From Woeseia sp. (GTDB lineage Bacteria > Pseudomonadota > Gammaproteobacteria > Steroidobacterales > Woeseiaceae), in NCBI GenBank assembly GCA_041624755.1, contig JBFJUJ010000001.1, positions 1 to 37,672 on the forward strand: a DNA stretch of 37,672 nt. The letters run 5' to 3'. Under the pieces are notes generated by a model, which ran no database searches, was not told where the DNA came from, and was given only the letters and a program-made list of their open reading frames with translations. Position 1 is the stretch's first letter; the number at the start of each line of letters is the position of its first letter. This document shows, piece by piece, positions 7,916 through 15,026 of the stretch. The translations under genes and the position numbers were made by a program.

Positions 7916-8911
7916 ATGGCACGCAGAAGGCGCAACATCGAAGCATTCAGCCTGTCGTTCCTCGACTGCATCTCCTGCGGCTTCGGGGCGATCCTGCTGC
8001 TGCTCGTCCTCAGCAAGATCTACGAGCCGACCGTCATCGAGAAATCGGAGGAGGACCTCGACAAGCTCATCGCGATGCTGACGGAGGAACTCTTCGAGAT
8101 TCGCGGCGACACGACCGTGATCAACCGCGAACTCGCGTCGCGTCGCAAGGAGACGACCGAGAAGAAGCTGACGCTGGCCAAGCTGCAGCGCGAACTCGAC
8201 AAGGTGCAGGGCCAGTATGAACTCGTCATGACGGAGCGGCCCGAACTCGAGGTAGACGTCGGCGAGCTGGAGGCCGCGCGGCAGCGCCTGACCGCGGAGA
8301 TGCGCCGGCTGCGGCCGAATTTCCGCCGCGCCCCCGACGATTCGATCGGCGGCATCCCGGTGGACAGCGAGTACATCATTTTCATCGTCGACACGTCCGG
8401 CAGCATGCAGGCGAAATGGGACTGGGCGGAGCAGAAGCTCGGCGAGGTGCTCGACGTCTACCCGACCGTCAAGGGCCTGCAGATCATGAACGACAACGGG
8501 CGCTTCATGTTCGAGGCGCGGGGACGTCAATGGCTGCCGGATACGCCGCAGCTCCGGCAGGCGATCAAGAACACGATGCGCCAGTGGGCGCCGTTCTCCG
8601 ACAGCGACCCGTCCGACGGCATCGCTTACGCCATCCAGACCTTCTGGGCGCCCGACAAGAAGATCAGCCTGTACGTGTTCGGCGACGAGTTCCAGGGCCA
8701 GTCGATGGAGGCCGTGCTGCGCGACATCGACCAGATCAACATCGAGGACGAGGACGGCAATCGCCTCGTGCGCATCCACGCCGTGGGCTTCCCCTATTCG
8801 TTCAGCGGCAGCTCGATCCCGCAGAGTTCGCAGAGGTTCGCAGGCCTGATGCGCCTGCTGTGCGAGCGCAACGGGGGGACCTTCGTCGCGCTGACGATGA
8901 AAGACCGCTAG
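7916..8911 (+). CDS. Membrane-anchored coiled-coil VWA protein 2 with ExbD/MotB-like TM helix
   Basis: ATG at 7916 gives MARRRRNIEAFSLSFLDCISCGFGAILLLLVL, paralogous to the 6575 N-terminus. Coiled coil, MIDAS DTSGS, VFGDE and RIHAVGF follow. The ORF-track extension to 7781 lies inside the MITE. Confidence 0.85.
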   Translation: MARRRRNIEAFSLSFLDCISCGFGAILLLLVLSKIYEPTVIEKSEEDLDKLIAMLTEELFEIRGDTTVINRELASRRKETTEKKLTLAKLQRELDKVQGQYELVMTERPELEVDVGELEAARQRLTAEMRRLRPNFRRAPDDSIGGIPVDSEYIIFIVDTSGSMQAKWDWAEQKLGEVLDVYPTVKGLQIMNDNGRFMFEARGRQWLPDTPQLRQAIKNTMRQWAPFSDSDPSDGIAYAIQTFWAPDKKISLYVFGDEFQGQSMEAVLRDIDQINIEDEDGNRLVRIHAVGFPYSFSGSSIPQSSQRFAGLMRLLCERNGGTFVALTMKDR

Positions 8912-9096
8912 CCCGCGAATCGGTATCGCCCGCAAGCCGGCCCGCATCCCCTGCACGCCGCCTGCGGCGCTGCCACAGTTCGCCATGATTGATCGTCAGC
9001 CTGCCATTCGGCGGCCTCCGGGGCTGCGCCGCGCTCAAGCGTAATGGTCCCCGACACCGGCCGGAACCCCGGCCGACGCTACGGAGGAAACCAGTC

Positions 9097-9828
9097 ATGC
9101 GAAGCAAAGCAATCGTCCCGGGCATAGCCCTCACACTGACACTGTCAATCGTTGCCGGCACCGCACAGGCGGCCGCCAGCCCGACCGAGGAGCGCATCGG
9201 CGTGGGCGTCGGCGTGACCGTCGGCGCGCTTGCCGGCGGTCCGGTCGGTGCGATACTCGGCGCGGCCATCGGCGCCAGGCTCGGCGACAGCTACGCCGGC
9301 AAGAACGAGGAGATCGAGACACTGTCGGCCTCACTGGCCGGCAGCGAGGCGCGCGTCGGCGAGCTCGAGGAGGCGATCGCCGCGCGCAACCGCGACCTCG
9401 CCGTGCTGGACAGCGACCTGCGCCGCCTGCGCGCGCAGTCCCCCCCGGAGCTCCTGAACCTGCTCGAAGCGGGGATCGAGATGGACCTCCTGTTCCGCAC
9501 CGGTGAGCACGTGCTGGGCAGGGATACCGAGAGCCGCATCAGCCAGCTCGCCACGACGCTGGCCGCGATGCCGGACGTCCGCGTACAGCTCGACGGCTTT
9601 GCCGATGCGCGGGGCGACGAAAGCTATAACCGCGAGCTGTCCGCCAGGCGTGCCCAATCGGTACGCGACCTGCTGGTCGGGAGCGGCGTGTCCGCCGAGC
9701 GTATCGGCGTGACCGCGCACGGCGAAAAGCCCGCCGCGGGCACCGACGCGGACAGCTACGCCCTGCAGCGCAAGGTCAGCCTGACGCTGTATGTCGATGG
9801 CGCCGCGCTCGCCGCCCGCGCCCGCTGA
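9097..9828 (+). CDS. OmpA-family peptidoglycan-binding protein, PdsO-like (sortase-associated type)
   Basis: GGAGG at 9083-9087. Signal peptide, glycine zipper (GVGVGVTVGALAGGPVGAILGAAIG), coiled coil and OmpA C-terminal domain (LDGFADARG...YNRELSARRAQSV...AHGE). Confidence 0.8.
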   Translation: MRSKAIVPGIALTLTLSIVAGTAQAAASPTEERIGVGVGVTVGALAGGPVGAILGAAIGARLGDSYAGKNEEIETLSASLAGSEARVGELEEAIAARNRDLAVLDSDLRRLRAQSPPELLNLLEAGIEMDLLFRTGEHVLGRDTESRISQLATTLAAMPDVRVQLDGFADARGDESYNRELSARRAQSVRDLLVGSGVSAERIGVTAHGEKPAAGTDADSYALQRKVSLTLYVDGAALAARAR

Positions 9829-9862
9829 ATCCCCCGCCAGGACTCCTCCGGAGTCCGCCGTT

Positions 9863-9892
9863 GCCGGCCCCGCCGAGGGGCCGGCTTTTTTT
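9863..9892 (+). terminator. Rho-independent terminator
   Basis: GCCGGCCCC-GCCGA-GGGGCCGGC followed by T7. A smaller GGACTCC-TCC-GGAGTCC hairpin lies just upstream (9840-9856). Confidence 0.85.
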
Positions 9893-9978
9893 ATCGCAGC
9901 CGCGCTCGGCCGACAGCCCAGGTGCATTGCACGGCAGCAGGTCTTATAGTTCCGGCGATATCGAGACGATGCGAAGCC

Positions 9979-10326
9979 GTGGCGACGACCGACCTGACAG
10001 ACAGGCATTGCGTACCCTGCGAGGGCGGCGTCGAGCCGCTGTCGCGTGCAGCGGCCGAGGATCTGCTGCGTGAACTCGACGGCGGCTGGTCGATCGCTGC
10101 CGACGGCAGGTCGATCGAGCGCAGCTTTCGTTTCCCGGCCTTCAGTCGTACGATAGCGTTCGTCAACGCGGTTGCCTGGATCGCGACCGTCGAAGGCCAT
10201 CATCCGCAACTCGTCGTCGACTACGGCAGCTGTCTCGTGCGCTATACCACGAACGCGATCGGCGGCCTGTCGGACAACGACTTCATCTGTGCCGCCAAGG
10301 TCGATCGACTCGCGGCGGACGGCTAG
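9979..10326 (+). CDS. phhB: Pterin-4-alpha-carbinolamine dehydratase
   Basis: LTDRHCVPCEGG, FVNAVAWIA..EGHHP and GLSDNDFICAAKVD. The start is probably GTG at 9979. Confidence 0.9.
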   Translation: MATTDLTDRHCVPCEGGVEPLSRAAAEDLLRELDGGWSIAADGRSIERSFRFPAFSRTIAFVNAVAWIATVEGHHPQLVVDYGSCLVRYTTNAIGGLSDNDFICAAKVDRLAADG

Positions 10327-10336
10327 GGAGATTCTG

Positions 10337-11314
10337 CTGGAACTCGCCGACATCGAGCAGGCGGCTGCGCGCCTCGACGGCATCGCCGTGCGCACGCCGC
10401 TCCTGACCTGTCCTGCGCTCGACGACGCCTGCGGCGGCCGCGTGCTGCTCAAGCCGGAGTGCCTGCAGCGCACTGGCTCATTCAAGATTCGCGGCGCCTA
10501 CAACCTCATGAGCCGGCTCTCCGCCGCGCAACGGTCGCGGGGCGTCGTCGCGTTCTCGTCCGGCAATCATGCCCAGGGCGTTGCCGCCGCCGGCGGACTG
10601 CTCGGCATCCGCACGGCCATCGTCATGCCGGAGGACGCGCCGCGCGCGAAGATACAGAACACCCGCCGGCTCGGCGGCGAGACGATCCTGTACGACCGCT
10701 ACCAGGGCGATCGCGAGCAGATCGCCCGCGAGGTTGCGGCCGAGCGCGGCGCGGTGCTGGTGCCATCTTACGATCACGAAGACATCATCGCCGGGCAGGG
10801 CACCGTCGGGCTGGAGATCATGCAGCAGTGCGGCGGCGATGCCCCGCAGCAGGTGCTGGTCTGCTGCGGCGGCGGCGGATTGATCGCCGGTTGCGCGACG
10901 GCCATCCGCGCGCTGTCGAATGCGAGCGCGGTGTTCGCCGTCGAGCCCGAGGGCTTCGATGACACGGCCCGCTCGCTAGCGGCCGGCGAGCGCCTCGGCA
11001 ACGATCCGCGCGCCCGCGGCATCTGCGACGCGCTGCAGGCGCAGATGCCCGGGCGTATGACTTTCGAGATCAACCGCCGCCTGCTGGCGGGCGGTCTCGT
11101 CGTCGGCGAGGCCGAGGTCCGCGAGGCGATGCGCTTCGCCTTCCGCGAACTGAAGCTGGTCGTCGAACCGGGCGGCGCGGTTGCGCTCGCCGCGGTGCTC
11201 GCGGGGAAGATCGACTGCCGCGAGCGCAGGACGGTCGTGGTCCTGAGCGGCGGCAACGTGGACGCCGGGCTGTACGCCGAGATCCAGCGCGACGCGCCGG
11301 CGGCGGCTACCTGA
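10337..11314 (+). CDS. PLP-dependent threonine/serine dehydratase family protein
   Basis: RTPL, KPECLQRTGSFKIRGA (PLP lysine), SSGNHAQG, GQGT, GGGGL, VVEPGGA and LSGGN. The start is uncertain: CTG 10337 after AGGGAG, or GTG 10289. Confidence 0.9.
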   Translation: MELADIEQAAARLDGIAVRTPLLTCPALDDACGGRVLLKPECLQRTGSFKIRGAYNLMSRLSAAQRSRGVVAFSSGNHAQGVAAAGGLLGIRTAIVMPEDAPRAKIQNTRRLGGETILYDRYQGDREQIAREVAAERGAVLVPSYDHEDIIAGQGTVGLEIMQQCGGDAPQQVLVCCGGGGLIAGCATAIRALSNASAVFAVEPEGFDDTARSLAAGERLGNDPRARGICDALQAQMPGRMTFEINRRLLAGGLVVGEAEVREAMRFAFRELKLVVEPGGAVALAAVLAGKIDCRERRTVVVLSGGNVDAGLYAEIQRDAPAAAT

Positions 11315-11317
11315 CGC

Positions 11318-12076
11318 TCAGGCGTCGTGTCGCCGGCGCAGCTCGGTGACGTTGCTGGCAGCGCGGATCTGCTGGTCCAGCGTCGCGCTGCGGCCGCGCC
11401 GCCGCCAGTCGCTGAGCCAGGCGACGATGTCCGCGATCTGCTGGCGGTCCTGCTCGGTGCGCTGCCCCGCCAGCTCGCAGACGCCGAGACCCTCTTCGGC
11501 GGCGCGCACGTAGTGCTGGCTGTCGCGCAGGATGCCGACGACCGGGATGCCGAGCGAATCCAGGAAGCGCATCAGGCTCGCGAAACTGCGCGTATTGCGG
11601 CGCGTGCGATTCGCGATTACCGCCAGCTTGCCCTCGCGGCGGTCGACCTTTGCGACCAGCAGCAGGTCGGCAATGCAGCGCGACGCGGCGTGAATGTCGA
11701 TGGACGAGGGCAGGACCGGCACGAGGATGCTGGTCGCATCCTGGGTCAGGTGGCGCAGCCCGTCGTGAGTCAGGCCGGCCGGCGAGTCGATCAGCAGCGT
11801 GGTCGTCTCCTCCGGCACGCGCAGCTGCCAGCTCCGCGTGACGCTCATACTCTGCTTGAAGGCGGCGATGCCGTAGATCGGCGCGCTGTCCGCCGGCCGT
11901 TTCTCCAGCCAGCGCATCGTCGAGCCCTGGGGATCGTAGTCCATGATGGCCGGCAGCTGGCCGTCGGCGGCGAACGCACTGGCGAGATTCGTGACCAGCG
12001 TCGTCTTGCCACAGCCGCCCTTCGGGTTCAAAACCACGATCCTGTTCAGGTTGGAGCGACTCGGCGTACCCAGCAT
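11318..12076 (-). CDS. ParA/MinD family ATPase
   Basis: Deviant Walker A NPKGGCGKTT, DYDPQGS, IDSPAG and ILVPVLPS. Confidence 0.88.
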   Translation of the reverse strand: MLGTPSRSNLNRIVVLNPKGGCGKTTLVTNLASAFAADGQLPAIMDYDPQGSTMRWLEKRPADSAPIYGIAAFKQSMSVTRSWQLRVPEETTTLLIDSPAGLTHDGLRHLTQDATSILVPVLPSSIDIHAASRCIADLLLVAKVDRREGKLAVIANRTRRNTRSFASLMRFLDSLGIPVVGILRDSQHYVRAAEEGLGVCELAGQRTEQDRQQIADIVAWLSDWRRRGRSATLDQQIRAASNVTELRRRHDA

Positions 12077-12197
12077 TATCGATAATCCCTGTCCTGCCAG
12101 CGACTAACTGTGGGCCCATACGCTGCGTGCCGCTGTGGCCTGGGTCACATAATACCGGCTCGCGCGCGTTTCCGCCGCCGCCGGTCCGCCTCGCGAC

Positions 12198-13145
12198 CTA
12201 GGATCGGGCGCGCCGCGACCGCGCATGCAGCGCAAGCGCGATGCCGCCGAGGACCAGCAGAGCCGCTACCGGCAGGCGCGGTCCGGGGAATTCCGCGAGC
12301 AGCAGGATGCCGCCCAGCGCCGTGATAACCGGAACCGAGAGCTGCACCAGGGCGGCCTGCAGCGCGGCCAGCTCACGCAGCGCGGCATACCACAGTACGT
12401 AGCCGACGCCGGAGGTAACAGCCCCCGACAGGATCGCGAGCGCGGCGCCGGGCGCGCTGATCCGGGCGCCGCCGGTCAGGCTTACCGCGGGCAGCAGCAG
12501 CGGCAGCGCGGCGAGCGCAAGCGTGAAATTCGCGGCCGTCGACGGCAACGGCGCCGCGGCGCGCTGCCGGGGCAGCGAGTACCGGCCCCAGGCGACGCCG
12601 GCGGCGACCATCAGGACGGTGCCACCGGGCGCGGGTGCGCCGGCGCCCGGCAACAGCAGCCAGCCCAGTCCGGCGGCCGCCGCGACCCAGCCGAGCGCTT
12701 CCGCGGGCCTCGGCCGCTCACCGCGCCACAGCGCCGCCGCGATCATCGTCGCCTGCACCGAGCCGAACAGGAGCAGCGCGCCGCTCGCGGCGTCGAGGGA
12801 CACGTAGGCATAGGAGAAGGCCGCCGCGTAGACGAACAGCATCAGTGCCGAGCGGGCCGAGCCATCGCGCCGCGGCGACAGCGGCTGGCCGCCGACTTTC
12901 AGGATCAGGAACAGCGCGGCGGCACCGGCGGCGAGGCGCAGCGCCGTGAAGCTGCCGGGATCGATGGACTCGCCGCGGAGCGCCAGCCGGCACAGCAGGG
13001 AATTGCCCGCGAAAGCGAGCATCGCCAGGACGGTCAGGGCGACGGCACGCGGGGACGGGGCGCCGTGATACTCGGGGCTGCGGGCGCTCTCATCCGCGGC
13101 TCGATGCCGCGACGCTCTGTCCGTTCCCGACGGCGTTCGCGTCAC
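12198..13145 (-). CDS. DMT/EamA family transporter
   Basis: AFAGNSLLCRLAL, FSYAYVSL, SGAVTSGVGYVLWY and QLSVPV, with many TM segments. GTG at 13145 overlaps the GFA stop (GTGA). It is the C-terminal part of the 12198..14939 track ORF. Confidence 0.85.
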   Translation of the reverse strand: MTRTPSGTDRASRHRAADESARSPEYHGAPSPRAVALTVLAMLAFAGNSLLCRLALRGESIDPGSFTALRLAAGAAALFLILKVGGQPLSPRRDGSARSALMLFVYAAAFSYAYVSLDAASGALLLFGSVQATMIAAALWRGERPRPAEALGWVAAAAGLGWLLLPGAGAPAPGGTVLMVAAGVAWGRYSLPRQRAAAPLPSTAANFTLALAALPLLLPAVSLTGGARISAPGAALAILSGAVTSGVGYVLWYAALRELAALQAALVQLSVPVITALGGILLLAEFPGPRLPVAALLVLGGIALALHARSRRARS

Positions 13146-13555
13146 GCCGGGTACTGCTCCCAGGCGGGCAGGCCGTCGCCGCCGCAGGACCACGGCGAGC
13201 GGGAATCCTGGAAGATGCGCCCGGTGGGCCTCAAGTCGGGGCTCGAGTCGAGCGAACCCGCCGGGATCACCGCGATCCTGCGCTCGGCCGCGATACGCGG
13301 CATCGGGCTGCCGCAGGCGGTGCAGAAGACCGTGTGGAAACGCTTCGCGCCCGGCACGTCGAAGCGCGCCAGCAGATCCGCACCGCGCGTCCATCGCTGC
13401 GCCTCGTAGCTCACGATCAGGTTGCTGGCGTGGCCGGTGCCCGTTGCCTTGCGGCAGCGGCCGCAGTGGCAGTGGAAGAAATTCTTCAGTTCTCCCTCGA
13501 TGCGATAGCCGATCCTGCCGCAAAGGCAGCTGCCGGTGAATTCCGCGCTGGCCAT
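13142..13555 (-). CDS. GFA (glutathione-dependent formaldehyde-activating / CENP-V) family protein
   Basis: GSCLCG, CHCGRCRK and FCTACGS. AAGGAGG precedes ATG at 13555. Confidence 0.9.
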   Translation of the reverse strand: MASAEFTGSCLCGRIGYRIEGELKNFFHCHCGRCRKATGTGHASNLIVSYEAQRWTRGADLLARFDVPGAKRFHTVFCTACGSPMPRIAAERRIAVIPAGSLDSSPDLRPTGRIFQDSRSPWSCGGDGLPAWEQYPA

Positions 13556-13631
13556 GCGCCCCTCCTTCGGTTTCCGAGGCATGGCAGGATACTATCGCAT
13601 CGGGAAGCCAGCGGGCCCGACGGCAGACACG

Positions 13632-14930
13632 ATGAGCGTCATGGACCGAAATCACGCGGTGAGCGGACTCGCCGCCTACCGGCGACCGGATTTCATCTGG
13701 TCGCTGCTGCTGTTCACGGCGGCGCTGGCCGCGCTCGTCTTCCTGGTGCATCGCCAGGGACTGCTCGGCGGCGCCTACGGTCCCGGGGTCGCGGCGTTTT
13801 TCGTCGTCTTCGGCCTGTTTACGATCACGATGGGTTTTCCGCATCCGAGTTTCGGCCACGTTTCGTTCGACCGCGTCGCCCAGGTCTCGAGCCTGCTCAT
13901 CCTGGGCCCGCTGGACGCCGCCTGGATCAACGGCCTCGCATCGCTGATCTGGCCGTGGCACCGGCTGTGGAAGGGCGTGCCGTTCAGCGAGGTGCTGACC
14001 GCGTCGCTGCACAACGCCGGGCTGATGGCGCTCGTCATCCTCGCCTGCGGCTCGCTGTACGTCTATCTCGGCGGGCCGGTACCGCTGGCCGGCATCGATA
14101 CGGCGACTGCCGGCCTGCTGGTGCTGCTGCTGCTCAGCATGCAGCTCGCGAACGACGCCGGCATGCTGCTCTTGCTCTACCTGCGGCATGTGGACCCCGG
14201 CCGCCTCCTGAGCCTGTTCACGTCGGGCGTGGAAGTCGTGTCGGGCGTCATGGCGGTGCTGGTGGCACTGGTGTTCGTGCGCATGGAGGCGACGGTGCTG
14301 GTGCTGCTGCTGACGGTGCTCGGCGCGGGCATGCTGGTGCTCAAACGCTTCGCGCTGCTGCGCGACCGGCTCGAGAAACTGGTCGACGAACGCACCGAGG
14401 AACTGCGGCGAAAGTCGGCCGAGCTCGAGCGACAGGCGACCCACGACAAGCTCACCGGACTCTACAATCGGCGTTTCGCCGACAATTTTCTCAAGCACGA
14501 GATCGACCACGCCGAGCGTGCGGGGCGCGAACTGACGATCGCACTTGCCGACATCGACCACTTCAAGAGCATCAACGACGGCTATTCGCATGCCGTCGGC
14601 GACGAGGTGCTGCGGCGCGTTTCGCGATTGCTCGTCGAACGCTGCCGCAAGTCCGACGTCGTGGCGCGCTTTGGCGGAGAAGAGTTCCTGCTGTGCTTCC
14701 CGGACACGAGCCTGGCCTTCGCCCGGTCGATCTGCGAGGAGCTGCGCGAAGCCGTGGAGCAGATGAGCTGGGGCGCGCTCGGCGATGCCGTGCCTGCGGA
14801 CTTCCGAATCACGCTGAGCTTCGGGCTGGCGGAGACAGGGAGCGACACGCGCGATGCCGGCATGCTCAACGTCGCCGATCATCGCCTGTACGAAGCCAAG
14901 AAGGCCGGCCGCAACCGGGTCGTCGCCTGA
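13632..14930 (+). CDS. Membrane-bound diguanylate cyclase (GGDEF)
   Basis: Multi-TM N-terminal sensor, DKLTGLYNRR, DIDHFKSINDGYSH, I-site RKSD and active site RFGGEEF. Confidence 0.92.
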   Translation: MSVMDRNHAVSGLAAYRRPDFIWSLLLFTAALAALVFLVHRQGLLGGAYGPGVAAFFVVFGLFTITMGFPHPSFGHVSFDRVAQVSSLLILGPLDAAWINGLASLIWPWHRLWKGVPFSEVLTASLHNAGLMALVILACGSLYVYLGGPVPLAGIDTATAGLLVLLLLSMQLANDAGMLLLLYLRHVDPGRLLSLFTSGVEVVSGVMAVLVALVFVRMEATVLVLLLTVLGAGMLVLKRFALLRDRLEKLVDERTEELRRKSAELERQATHDKLTGLYNRRFADNFLKHEIDHAERAGRELTIALADIDHFKSINDGYSHAVGDEVLRRVSRLLVERCRKSDVVARFGGEEFLLCFPDTSLAFARSICEELREAVEQMSWGALGDAVPADFRITLSFGLAETGSDTRDAGMLNVADHRLYEAKKAGRNRVVA

Positions 14931-15026
14931 AGGACGCACGCCGCACGCGCGACCTGACGGGCGTCGGGCAGAAGCGCGGACGGAGGGGCCGGGTGTCCCG
15001 GACGGCGCTCGGCGGCAACGCCCGCG

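Noticed and set aside
7728-7916. Short ORFs inside the MITE and the 7781 start for VWA2
   Set aside because: No transposase motifs, and the paralog N-terminus (MARRRR) fixes the start at 7916.
4407-9828. Zorya anti-phage system (MotA-like plus OmpA-domain gene)
   Set aside because: The channel lacks the long ZorA cytoplasmic tail, the OmpA protein has a signal peptide and glycine zipper rather than a MotB-type TM Asp, and no ZorC/D/E-like gene is present.
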